A stretch of 64,000 bases of DNA, from assembly GCA_963755915.1 (NCBI GenBank), contig CAVWLP010000002.1, forward strand, positions 736,001 through 800,000, read 5' to 3'. The stretch is from an uncultured Phycisphaerales bacterium (GTDB taxonomy: Bacteria; Planctomycetota; Phycisphaerae; Tepidisphaerales; Tepidisphaeraceae). The notes below the pieces were generated by a model. It ran no database searches and had not been told where the DNA came from. It saw nothing but the letters and a program-made list of their open reading frames with translations. Shown in pieces: positions 19,275-30,759 of the stretch (the first letter of the stretch is position 1; each line of letters starts with the position of its first letter). Position numbers and translations under genes: made by a program.

Positions 19275-21502
19275 TCATTGGCCGGGCGTCTGTTTCGGTA
19301 AGAGCGAAAAATGTTCGAACCGCACCCACTCTCTTTTGCGGCGATAGAGATGGAAGGTTTTCACATCGTTGAGGAGAAGGCGATATTCACCCATCATGGA
19401 GGTGCTTCTCGGCAAGCTCGCGCGGTTGATGAGCAGCATCTGCGCTAACTGGAGATTTTCGGGACCGACTTCCTGGCCGTGGCGTGGGATGGCGGTGATG
19501 AAGTCGGCGAAATCTCTGCCGCCGGTCATGTTAAGGTGGGCGTAGAATGCGTCCCCGGTTTGCGGTTGGGGTTCGACGCGGAAGTTTGTGCCGGCGATGG
19601 AGATTCTTTTATTGGGCGGGAGGTCGCCGCAGTCGATCCATGGTCCGACGAGGACGCCGACTTCGAGGGTGGAGGCTGGATGTTCAACCTCGACGACCTC
19701 GGTTTCGTCGAAAGGAGTGTCACCGTGTGAGTTCCGGCTGCTGAGGGGATCGGCGAGGGATTTTTCAACGGCGTTGCCGGAGAGTTCAACAGCGGCGAAG
19801 AGCGTATTTTGGGGGTAGCCAACCAAGCCGATTTGATCGGTTGGACCGACGACGGGCTCGCCGTGAGCGTCCCACCAGCAGCAGGGCCCAGCGGCGCCGT
19901 CATCGAGGGCGATCAGGCGGACGAGTTTTCCGTCGGATAACTTCCTTTCGTACTGCGGGGCGACGACGTCGGCGGGATGCGTTGCTTTGGATTGCCAGGC
20001 GAGCGCTTGATCGGCCCAGGCTCTGAGCGGGCCCGGACCGTGGAGGCACCACCAGGAGATGCTTTCCTGCTGGAAGAAGGGGATTTGCTGGGGCGTTGCC
20101 TTGAATGTTTCCCAGACGATGAGGCGATGATAGGTTTTATTATTGTCGGTGAGATCGGCGATGAATGCGATGGCATCGCCGGCCGTGAGGTTGGCGTCGG
20201 CGACGATTGATACCGTGGAAAAGTTGGACCACGTTTCGACGCCGCCGGTGACAACGACGGAAAGCAATTTGAAGTCACGATAGTTGACATCGAAATGGAG
20301 GTGGTTGGCGTCGGTCCTGGTGAAGCCGCCGAGGTGGCCGATGCGTCCATTTACGGTTACGCCGTTGGGGTCGTTCATGAAAGATGCATAGAAAAACGAG
20401 GAAAAAACATGCGTGCCGTCGGACTGCTCCCTTGCGAATGAGAGCAGGTTTGGCAGATTTGTGGTGTTTCCCTGAAGGCGAAGGGAGTTGACGAGTGTGC
20501 GAAGTTTGACGCCATTGGCGGTGCCTGCGCGGAAGACTTTGCTGTCGGTGTTCAGTGGGGTCACGGCGCCGTTCACAGCCTTGGCGCCGGCGTCGTTGAG
20601 GACGGCTTCCCAGCGGACGAGTTGGATTTGGCCGGGGATGCTTAATTCGGGGATCTGCGGCATGGGAGCCGCGGGCGCGGGGGCGGAAGATGAAAGCGGT
20701 GAAGGAGCGGCGGGAGAATTCGCGGGGGAATTCATCTGGACGAGGGCGAAAACGCCTCCGCCGGCGGCGGCGGCCAGTGCAAATGCGAGGAGCAGAATCG
20801 CGGCGAATTTCAATTTGGCGAGGGCGATTGCCGCGGCAGTTTTGGAGGCGATGGCGGCGGGGAGTGTGCCGGCCGGGATCGTCCCGGAAGCGATCGACGC
20901 AACCATGCCGGATGGCGCCGGCTGGACCGCGTGTTGGGCGAGGTGCCGGGCGAGAATGGAGGCGGCCGGAACGGTCGTGCTTTCGCGCATCAGGGCGCGG
21001 AGGCGGTCGGTGGCGCGGGAGACGCGTTTGCGGGCAGCTTCTTCGCTGATGCCGAGTGTTTGGCCGACGTCCTTCAGGTTCATTCCGCGGAAATAGCGGA
21101 GAGCCACAGCGTCGCGATCCTTGCTGGGAAGGCGCATCAGGGCGGCATCAAGGGCCGGAGCGTAGGTTTCCCAATCGGGAGTGTCTTCGGTTTGTGTTTC
21201 GAGGCGCATGGCGCCTGCCTGCCTTTCGTGATAGGCGCGCCTGACGGCGAGCTTGCGGGCGTCGCGGCAGGCGTAGTGGGTGGTCCAGAGAAGAAAGCCG
21301 GGGACGGTTCGCCGGACGGTTTTGGCCTTGCGCGCAGCAGGAAGAAGACGGCCTGGGTGACGTCCTGGGCGAGGTGTTCGTCGCCATTCAATTGGCGAAG
21401 GGCGGAGGAATAGACCATGTCGGCGTTGCGGCGGACTAATTCCGCGAAGGCTTCGCCGGAAGCTGTGGCGACGTAGTTTGAGAGGAGCTCGCGATCGTCC
21501 AT
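19275..21502 (-). CDS. ECF sigma factor with TM helix and large C-terminal domain (frameshift near 21335)
   Basis: Sigma2 (AFAELVRR..MVYSSALR..AQDVTQAVF), sigma4 (LDAALMRL..LRYF..ARKRVSRA), then TM and extracytoplasmic region. Confidence 0.85.
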
Positions 21503-21628
21503 AGGGCCAAATGCCGGAGTTTAACTGCTCTGGCGGCTATTTGGTCGTTATATGGACGAGGGGCTTGAAAGCGGACAGAGAAATGGGGAAATGGCCGCAG
21601 GATGGCCATCCTGCGGCTTTTGGGGTGC

Positions 21629-24129
21629 TCAGGATTTTCGGCGGCGGTGGAGGAGCCCCAGCACGCCGATGCCAAGCAGGGCGGCGCTGGCAGGTTCGGG
21701 GACGGGGACGAAGCTGACTTCCAGGTTGGAGCCGCTCATGAAGAAAGTCGGGACGTAGCTGGGGCCGTTTTGGAAGGCGGCGGTGGTGGGGAGAGCGCCG
21801 GATTCGCTGGTGATGCCGGAGATCAGGACGTAGGCGTCGCCGACGGTGGTGTCGAGGGCGCCGGCGAGTTCGTTGAAGGTGAAGTTGACGGTGCCGAGGG
21901 TGAGGACGCCGTTGGTGTCGACCAGGTCGCTGGATCCGGAGGAGGAGCCGGCGAGGTCGTAGTCTATGGCGGCGCTGGTGAGGGTCAGGCCGCCGGAGGA
22001 GCCATTGCCCAAGGCGAGGGCGCCGGCGGCGCCGAAGTCACCGGAGGTGTTAACGCCGGGGGCGATGATGCCCAGGCCGGTGACGGTGGTAGCGCCTGAC
22101 GCGGAGCCGGTGCCGGTGAGAGTAGCTCCGTTGCCGACGGAGACGGTGCCTGTTCCGGTGGCAGAGCCGGTGAGATTCAGAAGCGCGAGGGTGCCGCCGG
22201 TGACATTCGTGCCGCCGGAGTAGGTGCTTGAACCCGAGAGGGACTGGGATCCGCCCGACTGGAGCGCGACGGCAAGGCCCGTGTTGCCGGAGGTGTTGGA
22301 GGAATTCTGGATCGATCCGGAGAAGGCGTAGGCGCCGGAGCCGGCGAGAGTGAGGTTTACGTTGCTGGTCTGGGAGTAGTAGACGACGCCGGGGGTTGCG
22401 GGGGAGTTATAGTCCTGGAGTCCGGCGATAGTGGGAGAAAAGGCCCCGCCACCGCCGACGGTGCTGGAGATATCGATGGAAGCGCCGGAGCCGAGTTCGA
22501 CGGTGTTGTTTGCGCCACGGCGTTGAGGCCGTTGGCGCCGCTGGGCGTGATGATGGCGGCGTCGCCGGCTTCGACGATGAGGTTTCCGGTCCAGGTTGTG
22601 GGCGAGGAATTTCCGGTGATGGAGATGGGGTCGCGGGTGGTGAGGGTGGTGAGGGTGTAGTTGGGGTTGTTGATGATGAGGTTGTAGGAGCCGGAGATTC
22701 CGCCCTGGCCGATGCGGAGGCGGTCGCCGCCGTTGCCGCCGCCGGCGATTCCGCTGACGGCGGTGAGGATGAGGGGGTTGTCGAGGACGACGGGTCCGCC
22801 GATGGTGCCGGCCGTGGTGGTTCCGGTTTCTTCGATGGTGGTCGTGTTTGCGCCGGTGAGGGTTCCGGCGTCGGCGACGGTGCCGACGTCGAGCGTGTTG
22901 TTGATGGTATAGCTGCTGGCGTCGGTGAGGATGATGGGGGCAGCGGGGGAGGCGGAGCCGCCGAGCGTGAGGAGGCCTTCGCCGAAGGGTCCGCCGGTGA
23001 TGGAGCCGGGCGCGCCTGTGGAGCCGAGGTTGAAGGAGACCTGTCCGCTGTCGATGACGACGCCGCCGGTGAAGGTGTTGTTGCCGCGGAAATCGACGCA
23101 GCCTTTGTTGGTGGCGGCGACGGTGACGCCAAAGCTTCCGCCGGACTGTTTGATGACGCCGCGGAAGCCGAGGATGTTGTCATTGATGGCGGTCTGGGCG
23201 ACGAGATTGGTGACGACGAGATTGTTTTCCAGGGTGATGGTGTTGGTCGAGCTGAAGACGGCGGCATTTCCGGCGGTGGGGGTGCCGGAGTTGTTGATGA
23301 TGGTGTCGGTTCCGCTGCCGCCGACGACGAAGTTTGGCGTGGCGGTGCTGGAGGTGGCGTTGTATTGGAGGGTAACGTTGGCGGCGGAGTTGCCGAAGAA
23401 GACGGTGCTGGTGGAGACGCCGAAAGCGCCGTTGGGAGAGTTGGTGGCGCCGGCGAGGATGAGGGTTCCGGCGGCGATGGTGGTATTGCCGGTGTAGGAG
23501 GCGTTGTCGGTGCCGGCGGGGGTCTGGCTGTAGACGATGGTGCCGCCGCCGGTGAGGGTGACGGCGGCGGAGCCGATGATTTCGTCGCTGATGGTGAGGG
23601 ATCCGGCGACGTCGAAATTTCCGGCGTTGGCGAGGTTCAGATACATCTCTTCGGTGCTTTGGCCGGCGGCGACGGCGCCGTTGAGTGCGAGGTTTGCGCC
23701 CGCGGGGACATAGATGAGGTCAGAGGAGGAGGCGCCGGGGACGATGTTGCCGCTGCCGCCGCCAAGGGTCATGGTGCTGGTGGCGGTTCCGCTTTGATTG
23801 GTGACGGTGAGGGCTTGCGTGGTGTCGAGATCGTCGAGTGAGCCGAAGGCGACGCTGGTGTTGGCGGTAAAGGCGGTCGGGGTGTAGGTGGTATTGGTGA
23901 AGGTGACGTCGCTGTTATTGGTTGCGCCCAGCGAGGTGAGGTCGGTGGTACCGCTGGGGACATCGACGATCACGTCGGCGCGGGAGTGGCCGGTGCGCAG
24001 AAGCGCCGCGGCGGCGAAGGCGGCCGCGATGGAGAGCGGTTTGAGCCCCCAGCCCCCGCATTTTTGGGGAAGTTTTTTGGAATGAGAGAAAAGGGAAAGG
24101 TGATCCGCCTGCGTTCTCGTCCCGTCCAT
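21629..24129 (-). CDS. PEP-CTERM protein with autotransporter-associated beta-strand repeats (frameshift near 22510)
   Basis: YTGNTTIAAGTL and NTFTGGVVIDSG repeats; C-terminal VPEPASAALL..RRRKS. Confidence 0.85.
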
Positions 24130-24428
24130 TTGTGGTCTCCTCGTTTACGACCAAAGTAGCCCCGTTTCCGACAGAGAACCACGTGATTTCGCGCAAATTC
24201 CTTCCCTCAAATGCGCAGAGATGGATCGGGAGGCGGCATTGGGTCAAGACGAGTTTGGAGGAAATTATTGGATACATACAATTGCGAAATAACAACTTAC
24301 AAACACGGCAAGATGACGAAATCTATTCGGCGCAAATTCACGAGTTAAGGAAAGCGCCGATGATGGGTTCAAATGAGCAAGACGCGAAGAGACTTTTCCG
24401 CGCCGGAAAAGCGGTGGTTTTGAAGCGG

Positions 24429-27209
24429 CTATGAATTGCCCGGAGCGCGTGGAATCTTCCAGTTGGGGAGGACTTGCTGGCGGAGGGTTTCGAATTTCTG
24501 GTGGTATTTTGAGCCGCCGACTTCGTCGCGCCAGATGAGGTAGAGGACTTTGAGCGATTGCTCGACCTGGGCTTCGGTGGTGTTTGGGTCGCCGGATTTG
24601 GCGAGGGTATGCATGCAGTCGAGGAGCTTAAAGGCGGCTTCCCAGTATTGGTCGTTGTCTTCGCCAAGCTTTTCGTCCTGGATCAGGCGGCCGAGGGTAT
24701 CCTTGACGGTGTGGCAATCGCCGAGGTCGTAGGCGATCAGGCCGATGCCGAGGGTGACCTCCGGGTCTGGGTAATCCTTGTCCGCGCCGGCGTCGAGTCC
24801 GGCCTGATAGAGGGCGACGTTTTCGGGGGATTGAAGATCTTTATAAAGCGCGATCGCGGCGGCGAGATCTTTTTGCCGCTGGGCGGCATCCGTATCCGAC
24901 TCGGCGGCGAGGCGCTTGGAGTCGGCGTCGAAGCGGCGATAGATGTAGAGATTCGCGTGGGCGTTGGGATCGGTGCTTTGCGAGGCCCACTTCACGAGAA
25001 AGCCGCTGAGCATGGCGCGGTTATCAGAAATCTGCCGGATCTGCGTCTGATCGCCGGCGGTCTTGGCCTGCTGGAGCTGGGCGCTGAGGGTTTCCAGAAG
25101 ATCGTGAACGGCCTGGGCGCCTTCTTTTGGGGTGGCGGTGTTGAGATATTTCAGCAGCGTCTGCGTGGCGTCGTTGCTCTGGCCGAGCTGCATATAGGCT
25201 TCGATGCGGAGGAACATGGCGCCGTTGAGGAGGGACTTTTCGTCGGGAAGTCCCTTCACGGAATCCTCGAAGCCGTTAAGAAGCTGCAGCACACGCCGCG
25301 GGTTGTTCTGCTCGCGGCGGGTGATGTCGGCGGCGATGAGGCTCATCCGCGCCAGCGTGGTTTTGGCCCGGGATTTTTCGTCGGCGGCGCCGGAGCCGTT
25401 GATGACGTCGTTCGCCAGCGTGGTGACGGATTGGGCGAGCTGCTGGATCTGATCAGTCCACTCCTGCTTCTGCTGATCGGAGAGACTCGAGGTTTCTTCA
25501 AGAAGATTTTTGAGGGCGACCATTTCGCCATACTTCGCCACGAGCAATCGCGAAGGGGGCTCGGAGTCGGGGGTCATTTCGTAATACTTGATCGCGTCGG
25601 CCCATTTGCCTTCCTCGAATAGAAGGGCGGCGTACTGAAGGGCGAATTCCTTGCGATTAAAGGGCGGATTGACGGCAACGGGGAGAAAGCGGTCTTCGAG
25701 CTGCTTGACCTGCGGGTCCTGGGCATTCGTTTGCAGGAGGTTGGCGATGAGGGAGCGGGCGCGCTCCAGCGCGATGTCGGCGTGGGAGCGCGGGTCGCCG
25801 GGGAATCGCTCGATGTGATCGAGCAGCGAGGTGATGGCAGCGGCATCGTCGCCCAGATATTCCTGGAAAATGCCGACGAGGAAGGAGGGGTCGATCGCTT
25901 CGGCTTTGGGGAAATTTCCCGTGGAGAGGCGATTGAGAATTTCCTGCGCTGCAGCGGCGGCCTGGCGGAGCTTGTCGGGGTCCGGCGAGTGGCCGGTGCC
26001 TGAAGTCGCGAGGGTCTGGCGGCCCTGATCGACGAGGGCGAGCAGAAGCATGGGGTCGAGCGTCGGCAGGTCGGGATTCGCCGGAAGCCGCGCGACGAGC
26101 TGGCGGAAAATCGCGTCGCGAAGATTGGGGAAATCGCGGACCAGGCCGGCGAGCGCGGTCACCGCGGCGGCGTTGGCGGCGTCTTTGTCCCTGCCGACGG
26201 GAAGCTCATCGGCCTGCATCGCCAGAATGCGGAAGGCCAGCAGGCGCAGGGCCGCGGCCTGGTCGCGGTCATCGGGGAAATTCTCCTGCTGATATTTCGA
26301 GGCGTTTTCCAGCGCCGTGCGCGCGGAGGCCAGATCGTCCGCGGCCAAATTCGCGATCACGCTGAAGCAGCGGGCTTCGAAGATGGCTTCGGGGGCGGGA
26401 GGCGGAGAGATGTCGCCGTTGCGATCGTTGATGATGCTGTCGAGAAGTTTTTGGCCGTCGCTGATTTCGTCCTTGTCGCCGGTGAGGACGTGCAGCTTGG
26501 CCATGAGCAGGCGCACCTGCGATTGGATCTGCGAGTCGCCGTTGTCCCACTGCTGGAATGATTTGAGGGCCTGGTCGATGAGGTCCTGGCGGGCGGGATC
26601 GCCGGGGTCCATCGCCAGGGCGACGGCATACTGCATGCGCGCTTTCTGATAATCCGCGGCCGCCGCGGTTTCGCTTGCTTTCTTCCACTGATCCGCCAGC
26701 TTGTCATCGGGGCTGGTGATGCGATTGGCAAGATCGGTCGCCTGCTGCGAGGCGAGCTGGGAGGCGGTGTCGTAAAGCTTGAGCGCCGCCTGCGCGAGAG
26801 GAAGAAGGCGATTTCGCTCGACGGGAGTAGCGCCCCAATATTCGAGCAGCCCGGTCTGCGGGTCGACGCCAAGCTGGGCGACAATCTTCGCCTGCTGAAG
26901 GATCAGCTCGGGATCGTTGTGAAGGGTGGCGAGGATTTGGTCGAGCCCCCCCACCACCGTCTGAAGCAGCGCCTGGCGCTGATCGTCGCTGAGATTTGTT
27001 TCCGTCTGGAGGCGATGCAGCGCGGAGATGCTGGCGATGGCCGACCGCTGCTGCGGCGCGACGTTGTCCTGGTCCATGACGCGATTGAGCAGGTCGTCGA
27101 GCCCGCGGTCGGCAAGCTCGGCGTAGAGGGCGTTTTCGTCGAGGCCGGAGAGGCCCTGCGCCGGGGCGATGTCGGCGCGGGCGTGAGGAAGCGAGAGAAA
27201 GAGTGCCAT
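24429..27209 (-). CDS. Large exported TPR-like helical protein
   Basis: Signal peptide ending ARA-D, all-helical composition, last gene of exbBD operon; start uncertain. Confidence 0.7.
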   Translation of the reverse strand: MALFLSLPHARADIAPAQGLSGLDENALYAELADRGLDDLLNRVMDQDNVAPQQRSAIASISALHRLQTETNLSDDQRQALLQTVVGGLDQILATLHNDPELILQQAKIVAQLGVDPQTGLLEYWGATPVERNRLLPLAQAALKLYDTASQLASQQATDLANRITSPDDKLADQWKKASETAAAADYQKARMQYAVALAMDPGDPARQDLIDQALKSFQQWDNGDSQIQSQVRLLMAKLHVLTGDKDEISDGQKLLDSIINDRNGDISPPPAPEAIFEARCFSVIANLAADDLASARTALENASKYQQENFPDDRDQAAALRLLAFRILAMQADELPVGRDKDAANAAAVTALAGLVRDFPNLRDAIFRQLVARLPANPDLPTLDPMLLLALVDQGRQTLATSGTGHSPDPDKLRQAAAAAQEILNRLSTGNFPKAEAIDPSFLVGIFQEYLGDDAAAITSLLDHIERFPGDPRSHADIALERARSLIANLLQTNAQDPQVKQLEDRFLPVAVNPPFNRKEFALQYAALLFEEGKWADAIKYYEMTPDSEPPSRLLVAKYGEMVALKNLLEETSSLSDQQKQEWTDQIQQLAQSVTTLANDVINGSGAADEKSRAKTTLARMSLIAADITRREQNNPRRVLQLLNGFEDSVKGLPDEKSLLNGAMFLRIEAYMQLGQSNDATQTLLKYLNTATPKEGAQAVHDLLETLSAQLQQAKTAGDQTQIRQISDNRAMLSGFLVKWASQSTDPNAHANLYIYRRFDADSKRLAAESDTDAAQRQKDLAAAIALYKDLQSPENVALYQAGLDAGADKDYPDPEVTLGIGLIAYDLGDCHTVKDTLGRLIQDEKLGEDNDQYWEAAFKLLDCMHTLAKSGDPNTTEAQVEQSLKVLYLIWRDEVGGSKYHQKFETLRQQVLPNWKIPRAPGNS

Positions 27210-27215
27210 CGCCCC

Positions 27216-27345
27216 GACGAAAATTCGAAACCCGAAACTCGAATGACGAATCAAATTCGAATGCTTAAAACTCGAAACCGCCTCGTTTCCCCGTTTCGAA
27301 TTTCGAGCTTGTCCCGCGCGCCGGGATTCGATTTCGAATTTCCGC
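27216..27345. repeat. Heptamer tandem / inverted repeat tract
   Basis: Core CGAATGACGAATCAAATTCGAA at 27240; TTTCGAA units on the opposite arm. Confidence 0.75.
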
Positions 27346-27354
27346 TTGCGGCTC

Positions 27355-27835
27355 TCACTTCGTGTTCACCCCAAACCCCACCTTCGCAAATCCCGCGTTC
27401 TGCGCCGCTTCAAACGCCGGCACCAGCCCGTCGAGCGTAACGTTCTGCTCGGGATAAATGATGATCTGCACGTCATCCATCTTCACGCCGGCATCTTTAA
27501 AATTCTGGTACTGGGCTTTGAGCTGCGCGGTGAGCTGATCGCAGGCGCGATGCGGATCGGTGTCTTTGACGGAGGCGAAGTTGCCCGCTTTCACCGTATA
27601 CATCGGCCCCTGCTGGGCGACGTTGATGTTGAATTTCGTCGGAAAAACCGTCCCCGCCGGCGGCGGCGCCGACGCCCTTGGCCTGGAGCGGAACGTCGCT
27701 GACGAGGTAGTGCTCCATCTGGTTAAAGCTGCCGGCCAGCATCAGGAAGATCAGGATAACCATCACGATGTCGACCAGCGGCGTCATGTTCGGGCCGGAG
27801 TCGTAATGGATATTTTTGGCGCTCTGGATCTTCAT
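27355..27835 (-). CDS. exbD: ExbD/TolR family protein (frameshift near 27655)
   Basis: NMTPLVDIVMVILIFLM; C-terminus AGFAKVGFG. Confidence 0.85.
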
Positions 27836-28335
27836 GTCGGCTGCCTGGTGTTGAACGCAAACGTATGGACATGCGCCAGGTTGCAATCCATCAACACCGG
27901 CGCCAGAAATCGGAAGGTGAGCGACTTATCTCCGCGGATGACGACCTTGAAATCCGGGTTGGGAGACATATGCAGCAGGGCGTCGCCCTCGCGATAGAGT
28001 TTCAGGGTATTGAGAAGCTGGTCCTGGGTTTTTCCGGCGTAGAAGTCGCGCAGCTTCAGCTCCTGCATCTGGCCGCGCACCAGCGCGGTAACGATCGGCT
28101 GCGGATCGGGAACGCCGGTCGGGCCGTTGACGACATTCAGCACCAGGGTGTTGCCCATATCTTTGATGTTGGTGCCGAGGACGCTGGTGGGGATATCGAT
28201 GTTGCGGTCGGCGCCGGTGTCGACGCCGATCTTGGCGACGAGCATGAAAAAGATGATCAGGCACATCACGATGTCGATCAGGGGAGTGACGTTAACCCCC
28301 CCTTCCCGAATCGGCGGCATCCGGCGTTGTCGCAT
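27832..28335 (-). CDS. exbD: ExbD/TolR family protein
   Basis: NVTPLIDIVMCLIIFFM, VVIRGDK. Confidence 0.9.
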   Translation of the reverse strand: MRQRRMPPIREGGVNVTPLIDIVMCLIIFFMLVAKIGVDTGADRNIDIPTSVLGTNIKDMGNTLVLNVVNGPTGVPDPQPIVTALVRGQMQELKLRDFYAGKTQDQLLNTLKLYREGDALLHMSPNPDFKVVIRGDKSLTFRFLAPVLMDCNLAHVHTFAFNTRQPT

Positions 28336-28362
28336 GATCGATCTTTCTTACATCTAGACGTC

Positions 28363-29244
28363 TTACATCTGGGCGCCAGGGACGGGAATCGGCTGGGCGG
28401 GCTTGCGCGGCATGCCCGGCGTCTGCGGCATGGGCGATGGGGCCGGCGCCGGCTGCGGCATGATCCCCGGACGCATCCCCCCCGCCACGGGCGGTCGCGC
28501 CTCGGCCGGACGAATCATCAGCAAAAGCTCCTCGGCGATCAGCGAAGCGCGAACCGTATATTTATCCACCATCGTCCGTAGAAACCCAAACGCCGCCAGG
28601 CACGGCACGGCCAATAGCAGGCCCAGCATCGTGTGAACCAGCGCCTTGGAGATGCCGAAGGCCAGCGTCGCCGGCGAAGCGTTGCCGCCGGAGGCGTTCA
28701 GCGCCAGGAACGCGTCGATCATGCCGATGACCGTGCCGAGGAGGCCCAGCAGCGGGCCGAGGTTGCCGATGATGTTGAGGTATTCGATTTTGCGGAACTG
28801 ATCGGCCGTCTGCTCGCCGATGGCGGTCTCCATCGCTTCTTTCATGCTGGCGAAGCTGGGGGCGCGCTTCAGGGCGGGGTTGAGCGCCCGGCTTACGAAG
28901 CTTGGATCGGTCTCGGTGAAGTCAATCAATTCCTTGAACCGCCGCTGGGCGATCATCTCGCGGATGGTTTCAACCGTCCGCGGCGGCATGATCACGGACG
29001 CCCGATTGACCAGAAACCCCTGAATGATCAGCGTCAGCCCCCAGATCGACAACCCCACGATCGTGAAGAAGATCGGGTCGCGGTTGGCCATGACAAGGCT
29101 GAAGATCGACGTCGAATTCGTCACCTCATTGCCCCCGCCTCCGGTGGCCTGGGCAAACGTCGGCCCGGCCATCACAAACAGGGCCGCCGCAATGAGCGTC
29201 GCCAGCAGCACGAGCCGCAGGCGGGAATTGGCATAACCACGCAT
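28363..29244 (-). CDS. exbB: MotA/TolQ/ExbB proton channel protein
   Basis: GPLLGLLGTVIGMI, GISKALVHTMLGL. Confidence 0.92.
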   Translation of the reverse strand: MRGYANSRLRLVLLATLIAAALFVMAGPTFAQATGGGGNEVTNSTSIFSLVMANRDPIFFTIVGLSIWGLTLIIQGFLVNRASVIMPPRTVETIREMIAQRRFKELIDFTETDPSFVSRALNPALKRAPSFASMKEAMETAIGEQTADQFRKIEYLNIIGNLGPLLGLLGTVIGMIDAFLALNASGGNASPATLAFGISKALVHTMLGLLLAVPCLAAFGFLRTMVDKYTVRASLIAEELLLMIRPAEARPPVAGGMRPGIMPQPAPAPSPMPQTPGMPRKPAQPIPVPGAQM

Positions 29245-29325
29245 GAGTAAGCCTTTCCGGTGGGGTTTACCTCAAGTTCACAAATCCCAAATCTGAAATC
29301 TCAAAGTTCGAACTTCAGATTTCAA

Positions 29326-30477
29326 TCACAACTCATCACTGTAATAAGAATGGAAAGTCCCGCCATTGTCATGGGCGATTTTTTCCATGATCGCGTCCAG
29401 CTTCTTCCGGTCGGTTTGTTCCCGTTTGCGCTCCCCCAGGAGCAGCACCGTGTTCACCTTGGTTCTCTTCTCGGCATTCAGATCATTGATCCGGTTCAAA
29501 ACGTCGGCGTTATTCGTCGTATTATATCGGTTATTGAAGTCCCCATGGCTCAGCAGGAAGATCAGTTGCGGCTGCTCCCGAAAAGCCTCCTCGAGCGCCG
29601 GAATAGGGTTATTCACGCTCGAAAACGGCAGATTATCGATGAAATCAAACGCCTGCCCCTTGCTGCTGGGGGTGCCCATCAGCATCTTGTCTTCAGACAG
29701 GGCCTGATACTGCGACCCCGTTCGGGTCTCATGAAAAATCAGGATATTGAACTGCTGGATTGGCGAGAGGTTGGCAATGTCGCGCTTAAGCTCGGTCTTC
29801 AGGGCATCATCCCCCTGCCCGACCATTGAGCCGGAGGCGTCGCAGACATAGATGATGCTGCGGACGTTGGACCCGTGCCCGAAGATTTTGCTTTTCGGTC
29901 CGACGCCCTGCCCGCCGCCGCGGGGGCCGAAGCTGCCCATCTGGCCACTGTCGGAGGCGAAGAGGTTAAAGAGATTGCTGTCCTTCCCATCGGTCGGCTT
30001 GGTGTTGTTTTCGCTGACGGCGTCGTTGGCGGCCACGGCGCTGCCGGTCAGGGCCTGGGAGAGATCGTCATTTCGGCGGGTCGCCCAGCCCTGGGGGTTG
30101 CTGACGCTGGGGTCGTCTTCCTGGGAGGCATCCCGCGTCGGGTCTTTGCCGAGGCCCGGATTGGGGATGCCGCCCAGGTCGCTGTCGTCGGCCAGGGAGG
30201 TGTCGGGGATGTTGATCTCCTCCTGGCTGGGTTTGTGAAGGCCTTCAACCAGGGGAGGCAGGATGATGACGGCCGTCACCAGCAGGAGCACGTGAAAGCT
30301 GACGGAAGTCGCCCAGGCGAAAGCAGTAGCGGATTTTGGGGTGGCGAGCAAAGTAGCCAGCTTGGAGGCTAGTTTTCCGCGGCGGCGCGGCGGGGGCCGC
30401 ACCGGCGATTGGGCCGGATCTGATGGGGCCGGATTTAAAGACCCGGGGGGAGCCGGTTGTGTGGTGACCTCGGACAT
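29326..30477 (-). CDS. Membrane-anchored VWA-domain protein
   Basis: TM with SFH motif, low-complexity linker, YVCDASGSM MIDAS. Confidence 0.82.
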   Translation of the reverse strand: MSEVTTQPAPPGSLNPAPSDPAQSPVRPPPRRRGKLASKLATLLATPKSATAFAWATSVSFHVLLLVTAVIILPPLVEGLHKPSQEEINIPDTSLADDSDLGGIPNPGLGKDPTRDASQEDDPSVSNPQGWATRRNDDLSQALTGSAVAANDAVSENNTKPTDGKDSNLFNLFASDSGQMGSFGPRGGGQGVGPKSKIFGHGSNVRSIIYVCDASGSMVGQGDDALKTELKRDIANLSPIQQFNILIFHETRTGSQYQALSEDKMLMGTPSSKGQAFDFIDNLPFSSVNNPIPALEEAFREQPQLIFLLSHGDFNNRYNTTNNADVLNRINDLNAEKRTKVNTVLLLGERKREQTDRKKLDAIMEKIAHDNGGTFHSYYSDEL

Positions 30478-30746
30478 AGTTTGTGCAAAAGAATTGTACG
30501 CCGGGTTTGGGCAAGCTCAATTGGGATTGTGGGAATTAATGGGAGGATTTTGGGGGGTCGGTTTAGAGGGGGCCGCCCGGGTTCTTACCCCCCGCCCCCG
30601 GTAATCCGGGGGAGCCCTCCCCGTCCTCTTCCGCTAGTTTCGGCACGATGGGTGGGGGCCGAGTTCCTCTACTCCTCCACTTTCCACGGTTCGGCTCTCT
30701 CGCAAAGCGCCCTCTCGCGCAGCGTAGGTCACGAGGATGCATCGGT

Positions 30747-30752
30747 TATAAT
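30747..30752 (+). promoter_or_regulatory. -10 box of probable leaderless promoter
   Basis: TATAAT 7 nt before ATG 30760, no SD. Confidence 0.6.
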
Positions 30753-30759
30753 AAGACCC

